Positions 25,426-38,684 of a DNA stretch of 64,000 nucleotides are shown in pieces; position 1 is the first letter of the stretch; each line of letters opens with the position of its first letter. A program made the translations under genes and the position numbers. The notes beneath the pieces are model-generated. The model was not told the DNA's origin. It worked only from the letters and a program-made list of their open reading frames with translations, and did not search any database. Source of the DNA: Octopus sinensis (taxonomy: Eukaryota); contig NC_043016.1 of assembly GCF_006345805.1 (NCBI RefSeq), forward strand, positions 8,246,001 through 8,310,000. The letters are read 5' to 3'.

Positions 25426-25617
25426 ATATGCACATCTATGCATCTGTCTGTCCTATATTAACATTTGTTTTTAATGATCAGTAATAATAATAAAAACAAT
25501 CTTACATTTAAGCTGAAGGTTTACTTTATACTTTGGTAGCATGCAGATTTATCATTTTTACGTTTATATATTTGTTTTGCAAGATTTTTGATGTGAAATC
25601 GTGTGTTGAAACAGATA

Positions 25618-25798
25618 TTGTTGTATTTAGGAATGGTCATTTTGCCAGTTTAGTGACGAAAGAACTCTGGCCGAAATACGGTTAAGATTAATGTAAAAAA
25701 TAAAAAATAAATAAAGCTGAAGCAAATTAACACCAAATATATAGTGCGTGTGTTTTTATTGGCTAAACTGGCAAAATGACCATTCCTAAATACAACAA
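25618..25798. repeat. 36-bp perfect inverted repeat with ~110-bp spacer
   Basis: TTGTTGTATTTAGGAATGGTCATTTTGCCAGTTTAG / CTAAACTGGCAAAATGACCATTCCTAAATACAACAA. Confidence 0.9.
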
Positions 25799-26902
25799 AT
25801 TTATCATTCTTTAACAAGAATTGACAATGATCTTGAAGCCACTATCAATAATATTCATGGTTTTGAATATGAATATATATTATGTAACACACACACACAC
25901 ACACACTTACATATATATCTCAGTGTAACATTTTATTAACCAGACTAACAGATGTTGTAATATAGAGCTGGTCATTAAGGTGCTTCTTTGTACAATTTAC
26001 TACCCTGCTTGGAAACAGGTGAAAGTTAGAGACAGGAAGATGTATCTGACTGTAGGAAATCTGCTTCAACAAATTCTGTCCAACCCATGCCAGCATGGAA
26101 AAGTGGACATTAATTAAAATGATGATGGAGATGATGATGATGATGATGATGAATACCTGCAGTGGATATGAAATAATATCCTCTGAGCTGGTAGTTTCTT
26201 ACCTTACTCTTTCTCTTATTTTGAATCTAAAAATGGAAGTCTATGGAATAATCATGCTCATCACGACTCCTGTCAGAATGTTCTCCAAAAATTGTGCAAA
26301 CACAATTTTCAATCTATTCAAAATCACAAACAACAATCCTTAGACTTCCAAACATCTGTTGTTTGAACGATTTGAGGAAGAGAAGAAATGATTTGCTATA
26401 GACATGAAATAATAATTCTGAAATTCACTTCTAAATTGATGTCAAACTAACTAGTTGTGTGTTCCATAAAGTTCTTTTTGTTTTTATTATTATCATCATT
26501 ATTTCCAAATGACTGGAATAATTTCAATTAGAGTTAACTTGTCTATTTGTCTACCAACTTCTCTATCTCTCTCACTCTCTCAAGAATCTACTTACAGACA
26601 CAAACATTGGCGCTGTCCAAACCCTTTGTTAGCATATTTCTGTTGAAATACATCGCCTTCATTTCAATGAAAGCCGAAAATAATGAAGAATTCAGTAAAA
26701 TAACATTGTCTTTATTAACCTTCATTACTGTTTGGAACATAAATCAATACAAAATTCCACTGGAAGGTTTTAGCTTAGATCTGTGTGTGTAAAAGAGGAA
26801 CCAGTGATTGTTTTTGGAGGGTTCAAATTAAAAAGGGTTAGCCACAAAACAACTTGTTAAAATTACTGTTAACACTGTATAAACTAGGAATACAAAGCTA
26901 GA

Positions 26903-27245
26903 CTGGTGGTTCTCAACTGGGGTCTATATGGCCCTTGGGGGTCTATATGGCCCTTGGGAGTCTATATGGCCCTTGGGGGGTCTATATGGCTCTTGGGAGT
27001 CTATATGGCCCTTGGGGGTCCTTATAAAATTTTGATGTTAAAATTTATCTACAATAAATTATTTAAACTTCTGCTATATACAAAATATCTAAACAATTTT
27101 TTTTTATACACAGCTCCTAATAAAATTAAATTCTAAAAATATAATAGGATTTTTAAAACATTGAATAGTTATAAGGGTCTGACTGAGTAAAACAAGAATC
27201 AAAGGGATCCATAGGTAAAAAATGGTTGAGAACCGAGAACCCCTG
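26903..27245. mobile_element. hAT (Charlie-like) MITE with an internal 21-bp tandem repeat
   Basis: Termini GTGGTTCTCAAC / GTTGAGAACC(GAGAACC)CCTG. The unit GGG.GTCTATATGGCCCTTGG occurs four times. Confidence 0.7.
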
Positions 27246-27314
27246 GTGTGGCCTTAAAATATCTTAGAAACCACACAAATAAAAGTTTGGAGCTATTACT
27301 TTTATAGAGATATA

Positions 27315-27709
27315 CTCTTTTACTTGTTTCAGTCATTTGACTGCGGCCATGCTGGAGCACCGCCTTCAGTCGAGGAAATTGACCCCCAGGACTTATTCTT
27401 TGTAAGCCTAGTACTTACTCTATCGGTCTCTTTTGCCGAACCGCTATGTTACGGGGATGTAAACACACCAGCATCGGTTGTCAAGCAATGTTGGGTGGAC
27501 AAACACAGACACATAAACACACACACACATATATATACATATATACGACAGGCTTCTTTCAGTTTCCGTCTACCAAATCCACTCACAAGGCTTTGGTCAG
27601 CCTGAGGCTATAGTAGAAGACACTTGCCCAAGGTGCCACACAGTGGGACTGAACCTGGAACCATGAGGTTGGTAAGCAAGCTACTTACCACACAGCCACT
27701 CCTACCCCT
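27315..27709 (-). mobile_element. SINE family A, full length
   Basis: Complete match to the family consensus. Confidence 0.9.
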
Positions 27710-27715
<6 letters not shown>

Positions 27716-27746
<31 letters not shown>

Positions 27747-28315
27747 TGTGTACAGTGCTCAGGTGCACTACAACTCATCTAAAGTGTATATATAATCAGG
27801 TGTAGTTTCGACGGATTTCGGGAAGCATGAGGGCCTTAAAGGATGCAGTGTCATGGCAGTCAACAACTGATGCAGGCAGTTTATTCCACGCTTCAGCAAC
27901 CCTGAGCGTGAAAAAATGTTTCCGAAAGTCATGGAGCTGTGCTGTTTTCTGACTTTGTAGGCATGTCCACGTGTGTTAGACACATGGAGATCAAAAAGGT
28001 GTTCAGTGTTGTTTGTGGTGAGGTGGTTGATAACCTTGTGGTGTGTTTACCAAGTCCGTCGCCAGACGCCGGAGCTTCAGTGAATCCATGCCCAGGGAAA
28101 CAAGGCGCTCAGAATATGGTAGGGTCCTGATGGAGGGTATGCGTTTGGTTGCACGTCTCTGGACAGATTCCAGGAGGTCAATGTTCTGAGCAAGATAGGG
28201 ATTCCAAACTGATGATGCGAATTCCAAGTGTGGTCGTACCATAGCTGTATACAGTTTTAAATAGATGGCTGGAGAGCGGCTAACAAAAGTCTTGCTGAAT
28301 GATGCCAAGACATAC
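27716..28315 (-). mobile_element. CR1-group LINE 3' fragment (RT C-terminus)
   Basis: ORF KLYTAMVRPHLEFASSVWNPY...LESVQRRATKRIP...YSERL..LGMDSLKLRR, then NTRGHAYK, ending in an (ATT)n tail. Confidence 0.9.
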
Positions 28316-28803
28316 CATTCTGAGATTTCAGTTCCAAATATAGAAAATATACTGAAGGAATTGGTGTCTTTAGCAAGAATGATTTAGGGGACTGTGCTCC
28401 AACCTAATGACAGCACTTTTTGGGGAAACCACATCACTTTTGTGAGTGTAACTGTACAACTTAAACATGTAACCAAACATACTGCTCTTGAAATAACAAA
28501 CGTGTGTTTTTTCATAATAGAATATTGTGGAAATTGGATTATAGAATACAAGACAAAAGTATAACAAAAGTTAGAAAAAATTGGGAGTAAAACAACCATT
28601 TTTTTTTTTAGTGTGGTGGAGGATAATGTAAAAATAAGAAAAGACAGATAATTAATGTGATAAAGGAATATTTTTTAACTTAAACAAATAAAAGTTGATT
28701 CCAATGTAGAAAAAATGCATAAAGAAAAAAATGAGACAGACATCTACAAGTTTTGATAAGAAGCCACCAGTGCATGTTTATATATATATATATATATATA
28801 ATA

Positions 28804-29160
28804 TCATCATCGTTTAACGTCCGTTTTCCATGCTGGCATGGCTGGACAGTTCAACTGGGGTCTGGGAAGCCAGGAGGCTGAACCAGACTCCAGTCTGATC
28901 TGGCAGTGATTCTACAGCTGGATGCCCTTCCTAATGCCAACCACTCCATGAGTGTAGTGGATGCTTTTTATGTGCCACCAGTACAAGAACCCAATCAAGG
29001 CGGTGCTGGCATCGGCCATGTTCGAGCGGTGCTTTTTATGTGCCACCGGCACGGGGATCACAACTGCAATTTCCATTTGTATGTGATTTGATTTCGATGT
29101 AACATGACTCAATAGGTCTTCTCAAGCACGGCATGTGGCCCTAGGATCCAAGGAACTTTT
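28804..29160 (-). mobile_element. SINE-like family B
   Basis: Matches the 9918 and 14846 copies. Confidence 0.85.
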
Positions 29161-29584
29161 GAGTGATTACAGTTAAAGTGACACAGTGGTCGTATGAAAG
29201 GATCTGAAGTAAAAAAAACAAACCTGTTACTTAAAATCAGTGTAACAGCTAACAGTAATTAAATATATGTCTGTCTGTCTCTATATTTAATTAAAAAGCC
29301 AGTCAGTTATAGAATCTATGGAGAGAGAGAGAAAGAGAGAGGAAGAAGTGTGGAGAATGATGCTATGGAAAATGACAAAACTTAACTCTGGTTAATAGGA
29401 GGGAGAAATTAAATAACTACTTTAAAAAAAAAAAACACATCTTGAGTGTAAAACAAATTACAAAGAATTCTCCATTCTTCTCCATATTCTTCAGGAAGAA
29501 ATCTTGTTGTGGATGACTGTTAATCATAGTTATCTAATTCAACAATAGCACCAGCACTATGATGACAATATCAACAAGAACAGC

Positions 29585-29621
<37 letters not shown>

Positions 29622-29843
29622 TAATAATAACAACAACAACAACAACAACAGCCGCAACTAAAGAGAATTAATTAACTAAAAAAAAAAAAAAATCAACAAA
29701 TTGTGTATAGTAAATGATAAGTTTAAATATGAGACGACGACGACGACGACAACAACAACAACAAGGGAAAAATTCAATTCTGGAGAGAATGGCTACTTAA
29801 GACAATATAAGATCTCAACAAAGATTCGTCATGTGGACATAAG

Positions 29844-29877
<34 letters not shown>

Positions 29878-30029
29878 TTATGTATACAAGGCAGTGACAT
29901 GTATTGGTACACAGCCATCATACATAGAGATTTAGAAACACACACGTACAATCAAACAATGTAAACCATCATCTTTATACTTATATTAATGGAAACACAC
30001 ACACACACACACACGCGCGCGTCTTTCAT

Positions 30030-30393
30030 CCTCTATCTGTTTCAATCATTAAGACTCCGGCCAGGCTGGGGCACCACCTTGAATTTTAAGTCGAATGAAT
30101 TGATCCCAGAACTTATTACTTTTTAAAGCTCGGTACTTACTCTATCGGTCTCGTTTGCCAAACCACTAAGTTACAGGGATGTAAACACACCAACACCGGT
30201 TGTCAAGTGTGATGGGGGGGGGGGGCAAACACGCAAATACAATAGTGTTTTTCAACTTCTATGTACAAAATCTACTTGTAAGGTTTTGGTCAGTCCAAGG
30301 TTACAGAAGACCTGCCCAAGGTGCCATGCAGTGGGACTGGACCCAGAACCACATGGGTGGGAAGCAAGCTTCTTACCACACAGTCACTCCTGG
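30030..30393 (-). mobile_element. SINE family A (diverged)
   Basis: Tail-to-head match. Confidence 0.8.
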
Positions 30394-30546
30394 TCAGATC
30401 ATCATCATCATTATCATCATCATCGTTTAACGTCCACCTTCCATGCTAGCATCGGTGATAGATATTAAATAGACAGATAAAATGATAGAGTTAGACAGAC
30501 AAAAAGAGACAGTGAGACAGACTGACCGATAGATAGATAGATATGT

Positions 30547-31003
30547 AGGGTGGGCATGGCCGTGTGGTGTGAAGTTTGCTTTCCAACCACATGGTTTTGG
30601 GCTCAGTCCCACTGCTTGGCAACTAGGGAAAATGCCTTCAACAATAGACATGAGCAGACCAAAGCCTTGTGAGAGGATTTGGTAGAGAGAAACTGAAAGA
30701 AGACCATTGCATATGTATATGTGTGTATGCGTGTGCGTGTTACTGTGTTGTTGCTTTGACTTAGCATGATGGTTGTAAAGGAGTGTCACCTTCATACAAG
30801 TGGTGTCCTTCGTTTCCTGTCTTCCATGAAAAGCATCTCTGGTCATGGAAAAAGAAATATTACCTTGCTTGAAAAAAAAAAGTCGACTGTTGGCAACAGG
30901 AAGGGCATCTGGTTGTAGATAAATCTGTTTCGACAAATTTTGTCTGATCGTGAACATGAAAAAAGTGGATGTTGAAATTGTGCTGACAATGATGATGGTG
31001 ATG
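30547..31003 (+). mobile_element. SINE with a family A head and a family B-type tail
   Basis: Head GGCATGGCCGTGTGGTGTGAAG, then GTTGGCAACAGGAAGGGCATC...AAAAGTGGATGTT and an (ATG)n-like tail. Confidence 0.7.
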
Positions 31004-31684
31004 ACATACATCTATAGGGAGCAACTTTTCATCCAAACATGTTGAAAACATTGATTTTGTTTCTCTGTAATTTTTCTTAATCAATGATTTTTCATTAGCA
31101 GTCCTTTCCGTTTAGCTTGGAACACTGACATCCCTAACACCATTAATGTTTCTAGTTCATCTCGGTCTCATCTTCTGTAGGAAGTGGATGTTGGTGATGC
31201 TTTTTTATGACTGCATCCAATGACAACAACATGAGTGTGTGTATGTGTGTGTGAGTATGTGAGTGTGTGTGCGCATGCGTGTATTTACGAATGTATGTTT
31301 GTATAATTATCAGACACATAATAAAGTTATGCTTCCACTCTGTCAGAAGCAATAATTTAATTATTTGCCACATGTGCAGAGCTCTAGATGAGGGAACATT
31401 AAAAGGAATGAAAGATTTACAAAAAAATCCAATAATGATGATGATGATGATGATAATGATTTTTATCACCAAAATACCACCTCTTGGCAAAAGCATATTT
31501 CTGAAAACATTTGAGAAACTGAACAGGTATGAATTTGAGTATGAAATGGATCGGCAACCAGTTGGCTTTTGATATTGTTTCCTATTATGTGGATCATGAA
31601 AATAGTAGCCATGATATAAATGGCAAACCAATCACATCACAAATAAAATGACAAAACAATTCTGTGGTTACAAATAGAAGAAGG

Positions 31685-32102
31685 GGATCTTTTCGGTTTG
31701 AACGGCAGTTTTTTTTTCTAGCGGTGTCATATGAAATTGTCACCCATAATTATGACCCTAGTATCGATCTATTGCATTTCAATCTGTTTTAGGGTTAGGG
31801 GTGGGGGGGCAGGATATCTTTTTTTCTTCACAAATGTAAATAAAGCCAATCTGTTTCTTAAACGAGGGACATATTCATACGCCACAGAATGGTTTTTTAC
31901 CTCAATAGACGTCATTGATTGGTTGAAATTGCAGAAATTGAAGAAAAAACAACAACAAATATCTTACAAACCATAGAATTTTCTCAATAAAGCCAAGAGA
32001 AAAAGATGTTTTATAAACACATTCTACCAGTATATGAAGTTTAAAAGTGTTTAGTTACATGGAAATTATTTTAAAAAACTGCCGTTCAAACCGAAAAGAT
32101 TC
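31685..32102. mobile_element. MITE, Merlin-like
   Basis: TIRs GGATCTTTTCGGTTTGAACGGCAGTTTTT / AAAAACTGCCGTTCAAACCGAAAAGATTC. The 8-bp TSD GAAGAAGG/GAAGAAAG has one mismatch. Confidence 0.85.
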
Positions 32103-32194
32103 GAAGAAAGAATTAATAAAATCAGTTGTGGTCCCTATTTGAAGAATGATATTCCAAGTGCACTCCCCATCACCACTTCTTTCCAGCCAGGCAT

Positions 32195-32426
32195 TTAACC
32201 CTTCAAGCATTCACATTATTCTGTGAAATGTAATTCTTATTTATTCGCATTGTTTTGAATTAATCCTGCATTATCTTGTAGCTTTGAGATTTTGATGAAG
32301 TAACTATTCATTTTTAGAATTATATAGTAGGGCTGGTGTGAGAGGCCAGATTGGGCCAATTTGAACATAATAAAGCAGGGAGAACATTTTGGCTGGATAC
32401 AGCCAGTATAAATGTTAAAGCGTTAG
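32195..32426. mobile_element. piggyBac-type MITE (family P1)
   Basis: TTAACCCTT start and homology to 5956-6183. Confidence 0.75.
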
Positions 32427-32618
32427 CACAACTAATCATAACGTTTGGATACAAATGTTATGGAAGGATAAGAGACCATACTTTCTATATATAGACAATT
32501 TCATGCTGAGGTGGAAACATTCTTTGGACGGTATGAAGATTCACTAGAGAAACAGATATGAAATTTGGTTTAGAAAAATGCACTATGCAAACGTTTGAAG
32601 AAAGAAAATTAAGAAGAT

Positions 32619-33014
32619 TACTCTTTTACTCTTTACTCTTTTACTTGTTTCAGTCATTTGCTGGAGCACCGCCTTTGGTCGAGCAAATCGACCCCGGGAC
32701 TTATTCTTTGTAAGCCCAGTACTTATTCTATCGGTCTCTTTTGCCGAACCGCTAAGTGACGGGGACGTAAACACACCAGCATCGGTTGTCAAGCAATGCT
32801 AGGGGGACAAACATAGACACACGAACACATATACACACATATATATATATACATATATACGACAGGCTTCTTTCAGTTTCCGTCTACCAAATCCACTCAC
32901 AAGGCATTGGTCGGCCCGGGGCTATAGCAGCAGACACTTGCCCAAGATGCCACGCAGTGGGACTGAACCCGGAACCATGTGGTTGGTTAGCAAGCTACTT
33001 ACCACACAGCCACT
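32619..33014 (-). mobile_element. SINE family A, young copy
   Basis: Near-identical to the 8629, 50067 and 60009 copies. Confidence 0.9.
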
Positions 33015-33190
33015 ACTAGAATAATATTAGATAAAGAGCCAAGAGATAAAGCATTTGAACTAACCAAAGTATTAGAAATACTAAAGAACCCGTGAACTAT
33101 CCAAATAAAACACACACAAATGAAAAAAGGACTGTTATAGTCACAGAAGGTTAATACTTAGAATAAGTTAATAGGTATGGACAACCTATT

Positions 33191-33345
33191 GTGGAGGCGC
33201 AATGGCCCAGTGGTTAGGGCAGCGGACTCGCGGTCGTAGGATTGCGATTTCAATTCCCAGACCGAGCGTTGTGAGTGTTTATTGAGCAAAAACACCTAAA
33301 GCTCCATGCGGCTCCGGCAGGGGGTGGTGGTAATCCCAGCTGTTT
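33191..33345 (+). mobile_element. SINE family D (OR1-like), 5' part
   Basis: Same tRNA-like head as the copy at 863. Confidence 0.85.
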
Positions 33346-33357
33346 ATAAAAAAACTA

Positions 33358-33596
33358 AGGCGGCAAGCTGGCAGAATCATTAGCACGCCGAGCGAAATGC
33401 TTAGCGGTATTTCGTCAGCCACTACGTTCTGAGTTCAAATTCCGCCGAGGTTGACTTTGCTTTCATTCTTTCGGGGTTGATTAAATAAGTACCAGTTACG
33501 CACTGGGGTTGATATAATTGACTTAATCCGTTTGTTTGTCTGCCCTTGTTTGTCCTCTCTGTGTTTAGCCTCTTGTGGGTAGTAAAGAAATAGGTA
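33358..33596 (+). mobile_element. SINE family C, full length
   Basis: GGCGGCAAGCTGGCAGAATC...GAGTTCAAATTCC (B-box)...CTTGTGGGTAGTAAAGAAATAGGTAT. Confidence 0.85.
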
Positions 33597-33759
33597 TGGA
33601 TAACCTAGTATTTCCAGTAATAAGTTATAGTCAAAATGTTGCTTCACTCTTTGTTCTACCTGTATGTCACACGTAACACACAAAATATATTTCCCTGGTA
33701 ACCATATATATACCTGGTAATCATATATATGATACGCATTCATAATTTTTTTTTCCAAT

Positions 33760-34270
33760 CACAAAGCTTTGTATTATTCAGAACATATCAAACAAGGGCT
33801 AACTAAAAATCTGAAAAACAAGCATGGATATTTAGGACAAAGTTATGAAAATGCTTTGGACAGTCTAAAAAGTTAAACTGAATACAAAGTGAACTGGGCA
33901 GGACATGACAGGAAAATAAGAAACATAATGACTGCCTTTAGAGTTATACTATCCAAAAAGCTGACACACAAAGGATTATATTCAAATGTAAAGAAAACAA
34001 AAAACAAAAAACAAAAAAAAAACTGCTGTCTTCAGCAAAGACAATAAATATTAAACACAGGTTTAAAGAATAAACAGGTGTTAAGAGCTAAGGTGTAGTG
34101 GGGACACACACCTGAAATGGGGATTATTTGAAAGTGTCAAGTTGAAAACATTGGCAAGAAAATCCTTTACATTGTAAATACCTAACAAGACTAGTTGAAG
34201 GTGAAACTGATAAAGAAAAATCTGAACAATTGTTGAGAAGCAGAGAGGACTCAAAGGTTGAAACTGACAA
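33760..34270 (+). pseudogene. Decayed R4/Dong-like LINE fragment
   Basis: Fragments RNIMTAF..YPKADTQRLY and LKHWQENPLHCKYLTRLVEGETDKEKSEQLLRS.GLKVET resemble the R4-clade post-RT region (recalled). Confidence 0.55.
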
Positions 34271-35066
34271 AATCTCTTTTGGTTTCGACGCCTTCACCAC
34301 CAGAAACTTCCAAAAATATGTACGCTGAAATGTATACGGATGAAACGAAATATTACGGCAGAATATGTGAGTTAATGAAGGAACAATCAATCATGCTGTT
34401 TCTTGGTTGCTCAGACAACATTTCTAGATTTCCTTTCACCCAAGCTTGTTTACCTGTAAGTGGGCTAATTAAAAATGAAAAAAAAACTACAGGTGGGGAA
34501 AGTGAGATGAGGGAAAAGACTAAGTTCATCTACCATGAAATTGTATTCTATGAATGTCCTCAGCTTGAAAGTCTCTTCGGTAACGTTAAGTGGTTTAGTA
34601 TGGAGACCGAGATACGTCTTTTTTGCAATGGAGCAAAAGCAAGAATTCTAACAAGAAAATGAGTAAGAAGAATAAGCAGTGAAGGAACTGAATAATTTGG
34701 ATTTCCATATTTTACAAATGTTTCAGCATAGACGAGAGTAGAACCTGTATTTTGTGTGGAAGGTGCCTGAATGAGAAAAAAAAAAAAAACCCCAAAAAAC
34801 AAGAAAAAAACTTTGACCGGGTTCAGTCCCACTGCGTGGCACTTTGGGCAGGTGTCTTCCACTATAGTCCCGAGCTGACCGAAGCTTTGTGATTGAATTC
34901 GGTAGGCGGGAGTTACTGCCGTGTGTGTATATGTGCGTGTAGGTGCTCAGCGCCTCTCCGAAAGAGAGAGAGGGAAAATAAAAATAAATTTAACTGTTAG
35001 AATAACTCTCTGTACTTATCAACACATCTGCAGTGCTAGTTACAACATATAGATTTGTGATACTAA

Positions 35067-35295
35067 GGCGGCGAGCTGGCAGAAACGTTAGCGCGCCGGG
35101 GCGAAACACTTGGTATTTCGTCTGTCGTTACGTTCTGAGTTCAAATTCCGCCGAGGTCGACTTTGCCTTTCATCCTTTCGGGGTCAATAAATAAAGCACC
35201 AGTTTCGCACTGGAGTCAATGTAATCGACTTAATCTCTTTGTCTGTCCTTGTTTGTCCCCTCTATGTTTAGCCCCTTGTGGGCAGTAAAGAAATA
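35067..35295 (+). mobile_element. SINE family C, full length
   Basis: Consensus match. The flank ATATAGATTTGTGATACT appears on both sides as a probable TSD. Confidence 0.9.
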
Positions 35296-35477
35296 TATAG
35301 ATTTGTGATACTGAACAGGAGCATGACAGATCTACTCTACATAAGCTGTAATATAAGGAATCTATTTAAAAAAGGTAAAAAAAAAAGTGCCACAAATCAC
35401 ACAATAAGCCTGATACCTAACTTCTGTACATCAAAAAGACAGGTGGTATAGACTGTCCAGGGAGCAATAAGAAGTCA

Positions 35478-35992
35478 TTAACTCTTTGGCACTTAATCCG
35501 ACCATATCTGACCCAAATATTCTACCAGTTTTATGTTAATCCTCATCATTGATTGTTTGACCGTGGTCGAGACAATGGAATTTACTATGTTGCGCCAGAC
35601 CTCACGGTCCATCATAGCATTACGAAGGTCCTGTTGCTGGATGCCTGTATCCCTGGAGATTACATCAGAGTAGGAGAGTGTATGCCCTCTGGTATCGCGA
35701 ACAGATGGCTTCCAGAGGAAAAGAGTAGAAATTGCCTCGTTTTCAGTTCTACAACAATGTCCAGCAAACTGGACTCTTCTACCTTTCACAAGAGATGACA
35801 CAGGTGGTAGTTTCCGATATATTTAAAACTGAACAGATCCAGCCTCTCACACTTACCCTACAATGTCATTCTAAAATTATACAAACATGCCATTGAAATC
35901 TTGAAGTTACAAGACAATGCCTGATTAATCAAAAACAGTGTGAATAAACAATTATTACACGTGACAAAGAAATCTGAATGCGAAAAGGTTAA
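35478..35992. mobile_element. piggyBac-type MITE (P1) with a nested RTE fragment
   Basis: TTAA ends and reverse-orientation homology to 5956. Confidence 0.7.
35541..35821 (-). mobile_element. RTE LINE 3' fragment
   Basis: ORF VKGRRVQFAGHCCR..EAISTLFLWKP...AMMDREVWRNIV with a (TGA)n tail. Same family as 47905. Confidence 0.9.
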
Positions 35993-36021
35993 TGTTGTCC
36001 TTTACTTTACTAACCAAAACA

Positions 36022-36302
36022 ATGGAAGCATATGGCCTAGTGGTTAGAGCAGCGGACTTGCGATCGCGGGTTCGAATCTCAGACCAGGTAAAGAGTGTGT
36101 TTATGAGTGAAACAACTAAGTTCCACGCAGCTCCGGCAGAAGGTAATGGTGAACTTCTGCTGACTCTTACGCCACAAATTTCTCTCGCTCTTTCCTCCTG
36201 CATCTTGCAGCTCACCTGCGACGGACTGGCATCCTGTCCAGGTGGGGAACCTATACGTCAAGGAAACCGGCCCTTATGAGCCAGGCGTGGCTCGAGAAGG
36301 AA
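36022..36302 (+). mobile_element. tRNA-derived SINE (family D relative)
   Basis: TGGCCTAGTGGTTAGAGCAGCGGACTTGCGATCGCGGGTTCGAATCTC contains A and B boxes. Confidence 0.75.
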
Positions 36303-36669
36303 CCAAAATAATCCTTATTGGGGTATGTGGAGCAACCCCAAGCTCCTTGTATGGCCTCCCATATGGAATACACGAAAGGCTAGAGACTAGACTAATATGG
36401 ATTATTTTCCCCAGAGATGAAAATATGTTTGTTTAGTTAGTGTTGTGCTGAAGTAGAAATTACACTGACTTAGTTGTGATACTAAATGATAGTTGTGATA
36501 CAAGGTGCCACGCAGTGGGACTGAACCTGGAACCATGTGGTTGGTAAACAAGCTACTTACCATACAGCCACTCCTACGCCTATAATTCTCAAAATTACTT
36601 GCAACAGACAGTGTATTTCAAAAAAGGTTAAAGACTATTTTTTCTGCTAATTATAAATTTTAGAAACAC

Positions 36670-37009
36670 TTTTATCTTCTTGTTTCAGTCATTAGACTGC
36701 AGCCATGCTGGGGGGACCACTTTGAAGAATTTTTAGTCAAATTGATCGACCCCCCCCCCCCGGACTTTTTTGTTTCCATTTTTTAAGTCTGGTTCTTATT
36801 TTATTGGTCTTTTTTTGCCAAACCATTTAGTTACAGGGATGCAAACACACTAGCACCAGCCAAGTGGGTGGGAGAGGGGACAGCCGAAATTGCGAAGATG
36901 ATCCGGTTCTTGACTGAAGATTGAGGGCTTCGAATGTCCCATCCGTGTTTTTTGTATCGTCTTCTAAGTGTTTTGCGTTCTTGTCCCAGTTTGTATTTTT
37001 TTACATTTA

Positions 37010-37058
<49 letters not shown>

Positions 37059-38082
37059 AGGGTTCTTTCAGTTTCCACTCACAAAACTTTGGTTGGCCCA
37101 ATGCTATAGTAGAAGGTGCTTGCCCAAGGTATCATGGTCACAATTACTTGTTTAAAGTAATTACAGGTATGTTTAAAACACAGAGAGGTGCAGAAATTTC
37201 TTAAAAGGTGAAAGGTTAAAAAACAAAAAGTCACATGGTGGGTGTATATTCATAAACTCCACATTTTATAAAAATAATAAGTTTAGCAGAGTATATCTTA
37301 ATCTTATAATCTTTAATCTTTTCCTTGTTTCAGTCATGCTGGAGCACCGCCTCGGAAGGTTTTTAGTTCAATGAATTGACCCCATTACCTATTTACTTTA
37401 GAGCCTGGTACTTATTTTGTCCCTTTAACTGAGCTGCTAAGTTACAGGGACATAAACAAACCAATACCAGTTGTCAAGCAGACACAAACACACGCATATA
37501 ATTGACAGGCTTCTTTCAGTTTCTGTCTACCAAATTCATTCATCAGGTTTTGGTTGGTCTGGGGCTACAGCAGAAGACAGTTGCCTAAGGTCCCAAACAC
37601 ACAGTGGGACTGAACCAGGAGCCATGTGTTTGGGAGGCAAGCTTCTTACCACACAGCCATGCCTGCACCTCTCTTTACTCTCTTTACTCTTTTACATATT
37701 TCAGTCATTTGACTGCAGCCATGCTGGAGCACCGCCTTTAATCGAGCAACTCGACCCCGGGACTTATTCTTTTGTAAGCCCAGTACTTATTCTATCGGTC
37801 TCTTTTGCTGAACCGCTAAGTAACGGGGACATAAACACACCAGCATCGGTTGTCAAGCAATGCTAGGGGGACAAACACAGACACACACATACATACATAT
37901 ATATACATATACATATATACGACGGGCTTCTTTCAGTTTCCGTCTACCAAATCCACTCACAAAGCTTTGGTCCACACGAGGCTATAGTAGAAGACACTTG
38001 CCCAAGGTGCCACGCAGTGGGACTGAACCCGGAACCATGTGGTTGGGAAGCAAGCTACTTACCACACAGCCACTCCTGCACC
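36670..38082 (-). mobile_element. Three successive family A SINEs (36670-37137, 37315-37669, 37670-38082)
   Basis: Repeated tail-to-head matches. The first copy has an insert at 36880-37010 homologous to ~8155-8245. Confidence 0.8.
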
Positions 38083-38684
38083 TATGGATTTTTTTAAACA
38101 AAATATAAAAGAAACAAAAAAACAAAACAAAACAACCTCTCAACATAAAAGAGGATTCCCACCCCATCTTCTCGGTGTAGACAATTCAAGAAGAAGGATT
38201 AGTAGAAAACAAATATGTAGGGTGGAGGTAGTGTGGTTAGAGCATAACATGGGGTGACAGCCATGAGGTGGGTATTGGTTAGGTGTAACTGGGTGGAGAC
38301 GGTATGCAACAAACTAATTCTGAAGAGTGTGTGTGCGTGTGTGCGGTGGGGAAGGAGGGAGGGAATTGTTGTTGTTGTTGGTGGTGGTGGTGGTGGTGGT
38401 GGAGGCAGCGGCATGAACTGTTCTGTTTTCTCGCCTCCAGGACTTTGGAATGCGAGGACAATGAAGATATCACCACTGACAAAGAGAAGAATGTGAATAT
38501 AGGTGTGTGTGTGTGTGTATGTGTGTGTGGGTGTGTGTGCACGTGTGTATATGTGTGTAATGGGGGGTGTGACTGAGTGGGAGGTGATTATATTTGGCAA
38601 GATTAGATAGTTTGAATTATTCAGCATAATTAAATTCAAACCAGGTGAACATAGCCTATATATATATATATATATATATGTAAA

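Noticed and set aside
26920-27020. 21-bp repeats as a CRISPR-like array
   Set aside because: No unique spacers. This is a tandem repeat inside a hAT MITE in eukaryotic DNA.
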